In this document: positions 41,090 to 53,520 of the stretch, piece after piece
How positions within the stretch are numbered: the first letter of the stretch is position 1
Layout of the letters: every line of letters starts with the position of its first letter
Assembly: GCA_963716725.1 (NCBI GenBank)
Contig: CAVQUB010000021.1
Coordinates: forward strand, 256,001-320,000
Origin: an uncultured delta proteobacterium
Lineage (GTDB): Bacteria > Myxococcota_A > Polyangia > Polyangiales > Polyangiaceae
Length of the DNA: 64,000 bases
Direction: 5' to 3'
Position numbers and translations under genes: made by a program
The notes under the pieces: generated by a model
The model's database searches: none
Seen by the model: only the letters and a program-made list of their open reading frames with translations
What the model was told of the DNA's origin: nothing

Positions 41090-43996
41090 ATGGCGCCCAT
41101 GCGGATCTGGCGTGTCGCCGTGGCATTGGTCCCGCTGGCGCTTTCTTGCCGCGACTATCGACCGGACCCGAAACTCGCGCCACCGAGCAGCCCCGCCCCG
41201 ACGACGCCGGCCGCCGCCCGCGCCCCCGTGCCCGAATGGCTCCCCGTCGACTTTACCCGGGGCGGCGACTCCCTTGCGCCGTCCGCCGGCGATCCGGATG
41301 GCGGCGTCCTCGTGCAAGGGCAGCGCATCGCCAAGAGCGGGCCGTCCTCTCAGCTCGCGACGGCGCCGCTGCTCGGAGGAGCTCGAGTCCCGAAACACCT
41401 GGGCGGAGGTTTCCTGTTCTGGGGCACCACGGCGCTCTACTTCGCCAAGACCTTCCTCGCCGATCTCGAGCCCATCGTCGCTGTGGAGGCCGGCCCGGTT
41501 TCCGTGAGCTTCGGTCCTGGCTACACGATAGTGCACCAGAACAACGGCGGACGCTTGGCCCTGTCGTGGCCAGCCAAGCGCTCGACCGCGCTGCCGGTGG
41601 CGGCCCTGGTCGACGTCGGCACCTCGGCGGACGGGCGCAGCGCGCTCCTGATCGAACCCGATTTGGTTCTGACCCGAGGCGCCGGCCACGAGAGCTGGCG
41701 CGATATGACGGCGGAGGCTCGCATCGTCTCGAGGTTGTATCGCAGCGACTCCGAGCTCTGGCTCGAGCGCAAGGACGGTACGGCCGCTCGCGTTGAAGCG
41801 GATGGCTCGCTCTCGATGCACGGCCGCGTCCCAACGGAGATCAGTCGTCCGCGTGTGACGGTCGACGATCCTCGGTGGCCTCGATCCATCCAGGAGACGC
41901 CGCTGTCGCGCGCCGTGCGCCGCGGTGTTCCGCTCGATGATCACCGGGTGGTGGTTGAGGTCGCCGGCGCGTTCGCGACCGTCGACCTCGGCACCGGAGA
42001 GTTGACCCACGTCACGAGCGCTGTGCTCGCGAGCGCCCGAGAGTGCGAGCTCTTGCCCATGAGCTCGGACGTGCTGGCGCTGTGCCGACTGCAAGACGCC
42101 ACGCAGGTCGTGATCTCCGGAGCCGGGGGCTCCTCGCCGAAAATCGAGCACGCCTTCTCGGGTCCGGGCAGCTTCTTCGTCGGGAGCCCGGGCACGTTGC
42201 TGTTCGGCGGCGCCTGCGACGGGCGAGCGAACGATCACCCGCTCGTGTGCGTCCGCCAACGCGACGGTTCGTGGCGCGAGCTCGGGCCCCCGCCGGGCCC
42301 AAGGGCGGGGGACGCGGGACCGACGGCTCCTCCGACGGCAATCGCGCGCTGGGTCCCCACCGCCGACGGCCGTGCGCTCGGTCTCGTCGGCGGCCAAGCG
42401 GGCGGCGTCTACGACCCAGTCACCGGGGCGATCGCCCCGTTTTCGACGGACCCGCGCCCCCAGGAGCCCGCGCTGTTTTCGCCGCGGCGCCAGCTCGTCA
42501 CGGACGACGTCGCGTTGGCCCAGGACGGGCGCTTCGTGGGCTACGTCGGGACCTCCGCGATGACGCTGGGGAGGGACGGAAGCATCGAGCGCTCCCCGCA
42601 GCGCTTCGTTGCGCTCGTTTCTTCCGGCGCCCTCGCGTTGGCCCAAGACCCCGAACATCGGCTCTGGCAGTCCACCGACTTTGGTCGGCACTGGCTCGAA
42701 GTCGGGCGCCCCCCCGGATCAACGCCGGGGCAATCGTACCCGATCACACTGTGCTCGCGGGTCGGCTGCGAGCTGTCCGGATGGTTCCGCATCGGGTATC
42801 GCACTTCCCCAACCCGAACCGCTCCAGTGAGCGTCGCGCCCCACCCCGGGCTGGCGCCCGCGGCGCGTTTGCCGCAGTTGGTCTGCGACCGCACTTCTCC
42901 CCCGCGCACGCGTTGGACAACTCGCTCGCGCAACGCCGAGGGAGAAATGATCGAGGAGTTCGACTTCGGCGCGCGCAAGGTGCGGGCTCGCGACGGCTCA
43001 CTCGCCAGTATTCTTCTACGATTCGAGGCGGTCGCGGACGAACTGGCACTCGGCGCGACCTTCATCGAGTCCGACCTCGCTGACCCGACTTCGACGCTTT
43101 TCCGCGCGCTGGTGGGGCGACCTCGCACGCTGCGGTTCGTCGATCTGTTCGGCGATGCGAAGGTCGTCGAGAGCCGCTTCAGTTGGCAAGACGTACTCAC
43201 GCGCGCAGCTCGGGAGTCGGGCGGAGTGCTGGATGCACCAGACCGCGAGGAGCGCTACGTCGTCCCGGTGCTCGGCGAGAGGCCCTACGAGACCACAGGC
43301 CTGTCTCTGCGGGACTCCAGCGGCGCACTGCTCTGGCTGCGCGGGGGCCAGGCTGCATCCGTTCTGGGCTTAGGCCGTGAAAACGCCGGGTTCGAGCCGA
43401 TCAGCGCCATCGCCAAGGGAAAGAGCGAGCTGGTCGTGCTGTCCGAAGACGACTCGTGCAGCGCCCGCGTGCTCGCTCTGACGCCGGCCGGCGCGCGCAC
43501 CTTGCTCGAGCTACCGGCTCGCCCGACCCAGAAGTCGTGCCCGGCGAACCCCGACGCGCTGGCTCACTTCGACGATGGCAGCTTCGGCGTGCTGCGCATG
43601 CCGTCGACGGGGCCACCGACCAGCAGCGATCCGGCGTTGGCACTGAAGCCTCGGAGCAAGCCCGTGTCGCTCGCGCCCTGGTCCACGCTGACGGCGTGTG
43701 GCGCCGATGCCAAGGGCCTTCGGGCCACCATCACCATCCCGAGCCGCTGGGTCACGCTCGAAGCACCTGGGCTCGCAGATGCGACCGAAGCTTATACGCT
43801 GGCCATCGTGCGTTGGAGCGAGACGCGAGTGTGCGCAGAGTCATTGGCCATCGCGGCTCCCCCGGTCCAAATTGGCGACGAAGAGCTGGCGACGACCGTG
43901 GTGGCGCGCTTCGGCACCAGACCACGCGCCGATCGCCGCGGCTTCGCGTTGGGCGCGGAGCACACCGAAGACCTGACGTGCAAGCTCGCGCCGTGA
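41090..43996 (+). CDS. large hypothetical lipoprotein
   Basis: 968-aa ORF, lipobox ALSC, one Asp-box-like STDFGRHW, probable beta-propeller regions. Confidence 0.65.
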   Translation: MAPMRIWRVAVALVPLALSCRDYRPDPKLAPPSSPAPTTPAAARAPVPEWLPVDFTRGGDSLAPSAGDPDGGVLVQGQRIAKSGPSSQLATAPLLGGARVPKHLGGGFLFWGTTALYFAKTFLADLEPIVAVEAGPVSVSFGPGYTIVHQNNGGRLALSWPAKRSTALPVAALVDVGTSADGRSALLIEPDLVLTRGAGHESWRDMTAEARIVSRLYRSDSELWLERKDGTAARVEADGSLSMHGRVPTEISRPRVTVDDPRWPRSIQETPLSRAVRRGVPLDDHRVVVEVAGAFATVDLGTGELTHVTSAVLASARECELLPMSSDVLALCRLQDATQVVISGAGGSSPKIEHAFSGPGSFFVGSPGTLLFGGACDGRANDHPLVCVRQRDGSWRELGPPPGPRAGDAGPTAPPTAIARWVPTADGRALGLVGGQAGGVYDPVTGAIAPFSTDPRPQEPALFSPRRQLVTDDVALAQDGRFVGYVGTSAMTLGRDGSIERSPQRFVALVSSGALALAQDPEHRLWQSTDFGRHWLEVGRPPGSTPGQSYPITLCSRVGCELSGWFRIGYRTSPTRTAPVSVAPHPGLAPAARLPQLVCDRTSPPRTRWTTRSRNAEGEMIEEFDFGARKVRARDGSLASILLRFEAVADELALGATFIESDLADPTSTLFRALVGRPRTLRFVDLFGDAKVVESRFSWQDVLTRAARESGGVLDAPDREERYVVPVLGERPYETTGLSLRDSSGALLWLRGGQAASVLGLGRENAGFEPISAIAKGKSELVVLSEDDSCSARVLALTPAGARTLLELPARPTQKSCPANPDALAHFDDGSFGVLRMPSTGPPTSSDPALALKPRSKPVSLAPWSTLTACGADAKGLRATITIPSRWVTLEAPGLADATEAYTLAIVRWSETRVCAESLAIAAPPVQIGDEELATTVVARFGTRPRADRRGFALGAEHTEDLTCKLAP

Positions 43997-46354
43997 TCAG
44001 AACGGCGGCAGCTCGGGGCTCGGCCCCGCGTCACCCGTGACTTCGGCATCGGGGACCACGGCGGGCTCGGCCGCCGGCACACCGGCCTGCATCGCTTCGG
44101 GATCGACGGGCTGACCCGCGTCGATCTCGGGCGCCGCGTCCACCCCGCCATCGGCCACCTCGGTCGGGACCGTGCCCTCGAGAAACAACTCGTCTCTGCC
44201 ATCTTCTTGATCGGATCGCGCCAGGAGCCCCGATGCGGGATCGATACGCGCGCTGATCAGGGAGGGGGGACGCGGGAAGTCCGTCGCGGGTTTCTTGTCG
44301 TGCGCGTTCTTCATCAGCTCGATCCAACCCGGCAAAGCCGTGGTCGCACCGGACTCGCCCCAACCGAGCGGCAACGCGTCATCGAAGCCCACCCAGACCG
44401 CGCAGACGAGATCGGTCGAATAGCCGATGAACCACGCGTCTTTGGCTTCGTTCGTGGTTCCGGTCTTGCCGGCGAGCGGGCGCGCCAGCGACAGCGCGCG
44501 CGTGGCCGTGCCCTCCTTGACCACGCTGCTGAGCAGGCTCGTCAACAGATAGGCTTCGTCCTCGTTCATCACGCGTCGAGCTGGCGGAGGTGCCGGCAGC
44601 ACCAGCTCTTTGCCGTCGGGGCCCACCACCTTGGTCACGAGCACGGGCGCCGCGAATTGTCCCCCGTTGGCGAATGTGGCGTAAGAATTGGCGGCCTCGA
44701 GCGGCGTGACCTCGTAGGCTCCGAGCGCCAAGCTCGGTGTGGGCTCCAGGCGCGACTCGATACCCGAGGCATGAGCCCACCCGACGACACCGTCGGCGCC
44801 CACCTCGGATAGCAAGCGCTCGGCTGCGGCGTTGTCGCTGCGCGACAGAGCCAGGCGTAGGCTGATCCTTCTCGCTTCGAGCTTGCCGTCGCGCGAGGCC
44901 GGCAGCTCGAGCAGCGTCGCTGCAGTGAATCGCTTGGTGTGGAGTGCGTAGCCGTAGACGAAAGGTTTGAATGCGGAGCCAGGCTGCCGCCGGGCACGCG
45001 TTGCACGATCGAGCCCGCCCGCGATGGCTTCGTGGCTGCCAACCAGCGCGAGCACCTGCCGCGAGCGCGGGTCGATGGCCACCAGGGCGCTCTGGGGCCC
45101 GAGCTCGAGGCGTGCGGCCACCGCCTCGTCCCCTTCCGGGAGGGCCGAGATACTGGCCCGAACCAGCGCACCCTCCTTGGTGAACTCGCTGGGGGGCAGG
45201 CGCTTGGGATTGAACCGCTCCTCGTGGGCGAGCTGAATACGGCCAACCACGCTGCCAAGTTGGACGTCGACGGTTCCGAGCTTGTCGTCGACTCGAAGCA
45301 CTCTTCCGGTGTGAGCGTGATGCGGACGGGGCCTGCCCTCGAATGGCGCGCCGAACAAGCGTCGCTTCGTCGCAGTGTGCGGGGGCTCGAGCTTCTGGCG
45401 CTCAGCGTAGCGTTGCAGGTTATTGCGCACCGCCCCCCGGGCGGCAGCCTGCAGTGCGGGATCGATGGTGGTCGTCACCGTGAAACCCCCGCGACGAGCG
45501 CGATCACCGACCAGGCTCTCCAGCAACTTCGAGACGTGAGCGACGACCTCCGGTGCGAGTTCGGACTCGCCCTCCGACGCAGGCGCGAGCCTGACCGCCG
45601 AGGCGGAGGCCTCTTCGTGCAGCTGGGCGGTGACGAAGCCCTTGGCCGACATTTGGTCGAGAACGTAGCGCCGGCGCTCGGAAGCTCCGGTCGGGTTCTT
45701 GCGCGGCGAGAAGCGCTCCGGCGAGGCGACCAGCCCGGCCAGCAATGCCGCCTCGGGCAGGTTCAGCTCTTTGGCCTTCTTGCCGAAGTAGAAGCGGGCC
45801 GCCTCTTCGATGCCGTAGCGGCCGTGACCCAGATAGATGTGATTCAGGTAGAGCGAGAAGATCTCGTCCTTGCTGAGCTGCTGCTCGAGCCGCCTCGCCA
45901 AGATGGTCTCGCGCACCTTGCGCCGATAGGTACGTTCGGGGTCGAGCAGCAGGTTCTTCACGACCTGCTGCGTGATGGTGCTTCCGCCCTGTACCGTGCG
46001 CCCCGCACGCAAGTTCGCAGCCAACGCCCGGAGCATCCCGAAGTAGTCGAGGCCCTGGTGCTCGTAAAAGCTGGCGTCCTCCGCGGCCAAGAACGCCAGC
46101 TTCGCGACGTCGGACACCTCGCTGAGCGGTACGACCGTGCGCCGCTCGGTGAAGATACTGTCCAGAAGCGAGCCGTCCCGGGCGAGGACCCGAGTGACCT
46201 GAGGCGGGGCGTATCCGGCGCGGAGCTGCTCCACACTTGGGAGATCTGCCTCCTGGTGCCGGATCAACACGAAGACGGCGACCGCCCCCAGCGCGGCGAG
46301 CCCACCCGCGGTGAGCGCCAGCCGTCTAAGCCACTTCGTGATGCGCCGGAGCAT
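43997..46354 (-). CDS. mrcA: class A penicillin-binding protein (PBP1A)
   Basis: Transglycosylase EDASFYEHQG, GGSTITQQ, RKVRE; transpeptidase SAFK, SDN, KTG. Confidence 0.92.
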   Translation of the reverse strand: MLRRITKWLRRLALTAGGLAALGAVAVFVLIRHQEADLPSVEQLRAGYAPPQVTRVLARDGSLLDSIFTERRTVVPLSEVSDVAKLAFLAAEDASFYEHQGLDYFGMLRALAANLRAGRTVQGGSTITQQVVKNLLLDPERTYRRKVRETILARRLEQQLSKDEIFSLYLNHIYLGHGRYGIEEAARFYFGKKAKELNLPEAALLAGLVASPERFSPRKNPTGASERRRYVLDQMSAKGFVTAQLHEEASASAVRLAPASEGESELAPEVVAHVSKLLESLVGDRARRGGFTVTTTIDPALQAAARGAVRNNLQRYAERQKLEPPHTATKRRLFGAPFEGRPRPHHAHTGRVLRVDDKLGTVDVQLGSVVGRIQLAHEERFNPKRLPPSEFTKEGALVRASISALPEGDEAVAARLELGPQSALVAIDPRSRQVLALVGSHEAIAGGLDRATRARRQPGSAFKPFVYGYALHTKRFTAATLLELPASRDGKLEARRISLRLALSRSDNAAAERLLSEVGADGVVGWAHASGIESRLEPTPSLALGAYEVTPLEAANSYATFANGGQFAAPVLVTKVVGPDGKELVLPAPPPARRVMNEDEAYLLTSLLSSVVKEGTATRALSLARPLAGKTGTTNEAKDAWFIGYSTDLVCAVWVGFDDALPLGWGESGATTALPGWIELMKNAHDKKPATDFPRPPSLISARIDPASGLLARSDQEDGRDELFLEGTVPTEVADGGVDAAPEIDAGQPVDPEAMQAGVPAAEPAVVPDAEVTGDAGPSPELPPF

Positions 46355-46431
46355 GCTCGCCGTCCTTCATGCCCAGGCGCGGCCCAGTTCGACAAGAAAA
46401 CGCCCTCGGAGCTGGGAAGCTTCCCCAGCGC

Positions 46432-47529
<1,098 letters not shown>

Positions 47530-47576
47530 ACCTCGGTGCCCGCTACGAGGTTTCCCCTACCCGATGGGCTCGAGCC

Positions 47577-48350
47577 ATGAATACCGCTGAATTCCTGACG
47601 AGTCCCCTGCTCAGCCGGAACGGGTTTCGTCACGCTTTCTTCACCCGGAACGGCGGCGTGTCGACAGGACCCTTCGATTCGCTCAGCTTTTCCGTGACGG
47701 TGGGCGACCACCCGGACAACGTTCGCGAGAACCTCGCTCGGGCCGCTCGCGCGCTCGACATCGACCCAGAGAAGCTCTTCTTTCTCTCTCAGGTCCACGG
47801 CCGTGAGTTTCATCGCGTCGACGTACACTCGCGCCGCGACGACCTGATTCGGACCGACGGCGACGCACTCGTCTCGGGCGACCCGGCGGTGGGCTGCGCG
47901 GTGCGGTCGGCGGACTGCGTTCCGGTCTTGATCGGCGATCGGCGAAGCGGTGGCGTCGCCGCGGTGCACGCCGGCTGGCGGGGCGTCGTCTCCGGCGCGG
48001 TCGCGAGCGCTGTCACAGGCCTGTCGGGGTCCCCGCCGGACTTGGTGGCCGCCATCGGCCCTCACATCTCTGCCGCGGCGTTCGAAGTCTCGGAAGACGT
48101 GGCTGCTCAGCTCTTGGCCTGCTCGCCGGATCCGACCGTCGCGGTGCGGGGATCCGGAGCCCGACCGCACATCGACCTGCGCCGCCTGGTTCGCGCCCAG
48201 CTCGTGGCCATGGGCCTGGGTGCCGACGGAATCGACGACGTCGGAGGGTGTACGGTGTTGGACCCCACCCGTTTCTTCTCATTCCGGCGCGACGGCGCCC
48301 GCAGTGGCAGGCACCTCTCGGCCATCGTCGCCCGATCTCTGCACGCCTGA
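47577..48350 (+). CDS. pgeF: peptidoglycan editing factor PgeF/YfiH
   Basis: FFTRNGGVS, QVHG, ADCVPV, HAGWRG, IGPHI, FFSFRR. Confidence 0.93.
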   Translation: MNTAEFLTSPLLSRNGFRHAFFTRNGGVSTGPFDSLSFSVTVGDHPDNVRENLARAARALDIDPEKLFFLSQVHGREFHRVDVHSRRDDLIRTDGDALVSGDPAVGCAVRSADCVPVLIGDRRSGGVAAVHAGWRGVVSGAVASAVTGLSGSPPDLVAAIGPHISAAAFEVSEDVAAQLLACSPDPTVAVRGSGARPHIDLRRLVRAQLVAMGLGADGIDDVGGCTVLDPTRFFSFRRDGARSGRHLSAIVARSLHA

Positions 48351-48403
48351 GCAGTAACCGGCTACTTTTTCCTTCCGAGCGCCCGGGTATACGCTCCTCC
48401 TCT

Positions 48404-50146
48404 ATGTCCCTGGAAGTCCAGTGCGGGGGGTGCAGCGCGCGTTTCACGCTGCCCGACGATCTCTACGAGCGCAAAGTGCGAGGACGCATCGTCACCGTGC
48501 GCTGCAAGAAGTGCCGCGCGGACATTTCGGTGGACGGCACCGAGAACGGTGCGGTGATCGACGAGACACCCACCGAGCAGATGCCGATTTCTCTGCCGCC
48601 GGTGGCCGGCCTCTGGGTCGTTGGCTTCGGCGACGACGACGACCGCGAGCTCACCGTGGGACAGATCAAGAAGGCGCTCGACGCGGGCGAGATCACCCGC
48701 GAGACCTTGGTGTGGAACCCCAACCTCGACGAATGGCTGATGCTGGGCGAAGCGGCGGGACTGAAGGATCTCGTCACCGGGGACGATGTTGGCGGGTTCT
48801 TGGGCACTGGTGTCGACGTCAGCGCCAGCGTGGATCTGCAGGGCAGTGACGAGATCGGTCCCTTCAAGAGCGCGGGCGCGGGCACGATGAGTGACCGCCC
48901 CACCGATGGCGAGGAGCCGTCCGCGGACGAAGCGTCCTCCGAGACGGAGCCTGCGGCCCCGGAGCCAGTGGAGAAGCTCGAGTCGCCACCTGTCGATGGC
49001 ACGCCGACGCTACCGCTCGTGATGCCGTCCAAGGCGAGCACGGACGGCGGCGGCCCCCCACCGAAACCGCATCGACACCTGCCGGACGCGCCCGCCAAGC
49101 TCCGACCCGCGTGGTTGAGCGATGAGGAACCCAAGCGCTCTCCGCCCGCGACCGAAGATCCGGATCTGCCCGACGGCGAAGAAGAGTCGCCGTCGAGCGG
49201 CACCCCGGATCTGCGGACGCTGATGTCCGAGTCCATCGCTCCCCCCAAGCGCGAGAAGGCCGACAAGAACGAAACGGCGTCGGAGGAGATCTTCGCCATC
49301 GGCGGCGGCGGCATCGCAGCGGCGCTGCCCACCATCGACCTGGCCGCCATCAAGCCGGCGCCGCCATCCGATCCGGAAGCGTCGAAGCCCGACCAAAGCG
49401 GGGCCCCCGCCGGCAGCAAACGCTCGCCAAAACGTGAGCGTTCGGGGCCCAAGGGCCGAAAGCGCTCGCCTTCGAGCCTGCGCCCTGCGGCCGCCAGCGC
49501 CGCGCCGGTCGAAGCCAAGAGCGACTCGTCGATGATGTGGATCTTCGTCGCGGCCATCGGCGCGCTCGCGGCGTACTGGTTTCTGATCCGAAGCCCCGAC
49601 CCCTCGAGCTCGACTCAAACGCCCGCGCCCACGACCCCGGCGACGGTGGTCACACCGCCGCCTGAGCCGACGCAGCCCCTGGCGCTCGACGCGGCTCCCG
49701 CCCCGCAAGCGGACGCGGAGCCCACACGGACGGAGACGACGCCCACCGAGCCCAAGGAGACGACGCGCACCGAGCCGAAGGAGTCGACGCCCACCGAGCC
49801 GAAGGAGTCGACGCCCACCGAGCCGAAGGAATCGAAACCCTCGCCCTCGGCCAAAGGCCCCGACGTCGCGATGGCCGCACCCTTCGACGCCAATGCTGCT
49901 CGTGCGGCGCTGTCATCAGCGGCCGGAGCCGCGTCGAGCTGCCGAAAAGAGGGCGACCCTCCCGGGACCGCCACCGTGGTGGTCACCTTTGCTCCGTCGG
50001 GTCGAGTCACCAGCGCCAACATCAGCGGCCCGCCCTTCGCCGGGACGCAGACCGGGGGCTGCATCGCGTCTGCGATGCGCGGCGCGAAGATCCCCGCATT
50101 TTCCGGCGAGCACATGACGGTGAGCAAGACCGTCGTCATTCAATGA
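48404..50146 (+). CDS. zinc-ribbon (MJ0042-type) / GYF_2 domain membrane protein with TonB-C-like terminal domain
   Basis: CGGC...CKKC; GEITRETLVWNPNLDEWL; Pro-rich linker; TM; C-terminal SSCR...VTFAPSGRV...GGCI. Confidence 0.78.
   Translation: MSLEVQCGGCSARFTLPDDLYERKVRGRIVTVRCKKCRADISVDGTENGAVIDETPTEQMPISLPPVAGLWVVGFGDDDDRELTVGQIKKALDAGEITRETLVWNPNLDEWLMLGEAAGLKDLVTGDDVGGFLGTGVDVSASVDLQGSDEIGPFKSAGAGTMSDRPTDGEEPSADEASSETEPAAPEPVEKLESPPVDGTPTLPLVMPSKASTDGGGPPPKPHRHLPDAPAKLRPAWLSDEEPKRSPPATEDPDLPDGEEESPSSGTPDLRTLMSESIAPPKREKADKNETASEEIFAIGGGGIAAALPTIDLAAIKPAPPSDPEASKPDQSGAPAGSKRSPKRERSGPKGRKRSPSSLRPAAASAAPVEAKSDSSMMWIFVAAIGALAAYWFLIRSPDPSSSTQTPAPTTPATVVTPPPEPTQPLALDAAPAPQADAEPTRTETTPTEPKETTRTEPKESTPTEPKESTPTEPKESKPSPSAKGPDVAMAAPFDANAARAALSSAAGAASSCRKEGDPPGTATVVVTFAPSGRVTSANISGPPFAGTQTGGCIASAMRGAKIPAFSGEHMTVSKTVVIQ
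49742..49834 (+). repeat. 24-bp coding tandem repeat (PTEPKEST, about 4 copies)
   Basis: C(C/G)CACCGAGCC(C/G)AAGGAG(A/T)CGACG units starting at 49742, 49766, 49790 and 49814. Confidence 0.9.
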
Positions 50147-50252
50147 TCGCTGAATCGATCCGGATCCGCTCAGCAACCCCCGACGACGCTGAGCTGGTGC
50201 TCCACTTCATCCGGGAACTCGCCACGGGCGAGGCGCTCTCGACCCATGGCGC

Positions 50253-50945
50253 TCAGCGGCAGTCGGAAAATACGTCGCGGTAGAGCGCGTCGGCCACGAT
50301 CTGATGGCCCGCTTTGCCCCAGTGCACGTGATCGTTGGCAAAGCGTCGGTTCTTCGGGCAGAGCATCTGATCGTCCCCGCAGCTGAGGAGCCCGTGGATG
50401 TCCACGGCATGGTCCACGAGTCCGCTCTCGGCTTGCTGCCGGATCCACCCATTCAACGCGTCCGTGGCCTCGACACGCCTGTCCCGCACGCCTCGAAGCC
50501 TGCCCCAGGGCGGAAGCGTGAGCGCGATCACGGCGACACCCCGCGCTCGAGCAGTCCGATACATCTGCGCCAGGTTCTTCTTCATGCGCTCGATCCGGGC
50601 TTCGCGAGGCGACGCTGCGGCCAAGTCGTTCACTCCGCCCAAGATGATCACGTGTGTGTAGGCGGGGCGAGGGCGCCAGGGCGTGCCGGCTCCAAAGAGG
50701 TTGTCCGCTAGCCGCCAGCGCATGTGGTCCGTGCGCTGCCCGCCCACGCCGTACGCGTCGAAGCGACTCTCCGGGCAGCGTTCCGCCAGCGATTTTAGGT
50801 ACTTTCCACCGCCAGAGCGGGGGTCCGTCAGCGAGTCTCCGATGGCAGCCACCAGGTAGCGTTTGGTCGGTGGTGATTCGGCTCGCCCAGGTGCGCCAAA
50901 AGCCAGGAGCGCGAGGCCGAAGGTCAGAGCAAGCGTGATGCGCAC
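50253..50945 (-). CDS. exported SGNH/GDSL hydrolase
   Basis: Signal peptide; GDSL, GVGG, GVND, DHVH. Confidence 0.88.
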   Translation of the reverse strand: MRITLALTFGLALLAFGAPGRAESPPTKRYLVAAIGDSLTDPRSGGGKYLKSLAERCPESRFDAYGVGGQRTDHMRWRLADNLFGAGTPWRPRPAYTHVIILGGVNDLAAASPREARIERMKKNLAQMYRTARARGVAVIALTLPPWGRLRGVRDRRVEATDALNGWIRQQAESGLVDHAVDIHGLLSCGDDQMLCPKNRRFANDHVHWGKAGHQIVADALYRDVFSDCR

Positions 50946-51050
50946 TCGTCAAAGTGTAGCGCCGCGCAGGACGGACGCCCAATTCGCCGCGGTCCGGGCC
51001 GATCGCCGATCTCGTGTTAGGTTTTCGGCCTCTTCCGCCAGGAGAATGCG

Positions 51051-52283
<1,233 letters not shown>

Positions 52284-52570
52284 CGGGCGGGATTTGCCCT
52301 CGGTTGGGCGCCGGATCTCCCGAGCCGGCGCGGGGGCTGGCGCAACTGGAGGGCCGGCCTTAGGTTGCTCTCATCGGCGCCCGCTGGGGTCGCAGAGTAC
52401 CGCACCCATCCCCGCCCAACCCCGCTCGTCGGGCCGTCGAGCGCAGCGAGAGCCGCGTTTTCGCCCGACGCCTCCAGCGCGGCGCCGATATTTCTTCCGA
52501 GCCTCAGACGGTCAACGGCCCGACCTCGTCGCATCGACGGGGCCGGGCCGAGGGTTCGTGCCGCTGCTGA

Positions 52571-53497
52571 TCAGAGTCGGCGCAGCGCGATGGCAGCCGC
52601 GTCGCGGACGAACTGGTTGGGATCGCTCTCCGCAGCCTTGACCGCTTGCTTGGCCGCTGCGTCCGCGATCTTTCCGAGCGATGACACCGCAGCTGCTCGC
52701 ACATTCGCGTCGGATTCGGTGCTGGGCGACGTCAGCGCGATGAGCCCGACGACCGCGTCCTTGGTCCGCAGGGTGCCGAGGGCCTCGGCGGCCCGCTTGC
52801 GCACCAACGGCGACTGGTCGGAGATGCGCTTCACGACGGCGTCAGTGCCGGTGAAGACGTTCACGCGAGTGGCGGCGAAGAGCGCTTGCAGCCTCACGTT
52901 CTCGTCTTTGTCGCCGATGGCCGCGGCGAGCTCGCCGTTTGGTCCCTGACTATTGATGCGCCAGAGCGCATACGCCGCGGACTTGCGCACCTTGGCGGAG
53001 GGATCCGAGACCGCGGCCTGCGCGATCACGGGGATGCCCGGTGCCGCCAAGAACTCACCCAGCGCCTCGACCGCATAGGAGCGCTTGTTCTCGCTCGCGC
53101 TCTGGTCGGCGACGGTCTTCAGGGTCTGTTCGTAGACCTGACCGGGGCCGAACACCCCGAGGATGCGGCGGCGCAGCCACCACGCGCTGATCTCGCGGGT
53201 CCGGGCGTTGGAGTTGAAGATTAGCTTCGAGACGATCGGGATACAGTCGAGGCACTCGACCTTCTCCGCCTTCTCGAGCCGGGACCAGATCTCCGTCGGC
53301 GCGATGTTGGCGTTGCCGACTTCACGGATGGCCGCGGGTGAGGTCGGGTTCTCGAGCGAGAGCGGATCGAGGTTCTTGTACACCTGCGAGCGGCCGCCCA
53401 AGGTGTTGGTCGGTGCCGAGTCCGCGATGACGGCGCCGGACACGAGCAGCGTGGCTCCGGCGAGAAGTGCGCCCAGGGTGGTTCGAATGGTCTTCAT
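52571..53497 (-). CDS. exported HEAT-repeat protein
   Basis: Signal peptide, ECLDC, repeated D.S..VR..AA.AL.. units. Confidence 0.85.
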   Translation of the reverse strand: MKTIRTTLGALLAGATLLVSGAVIADSAPTNTLGGRSQVYKNLDPLSLENPTSPAAIREVGNANIAPTEIWSRLEKAEKVECLDCIPIVSKLIFNSNARTREISAWWLRRRILGVFGPGQVYEQTLKTVADQSASENKRSYAVEALGEFLAAPGIPVIAQAAVSDPSAKVRKSAAYALWRINSQGPNGELAAAIGDKDENVRLQALFAATRVNVFTGTDAVVKRISDQSPLVRKRAAEALGTLRTKDAVVGLIALTSPSTESDANVRAAAVSSLGKIADAAAKQAVKAAESDPNQFVRDAAAIALRRL

Positions 53498-53520
53498 GAC
53501 TTTCTCCGTTGCTCCTCAGC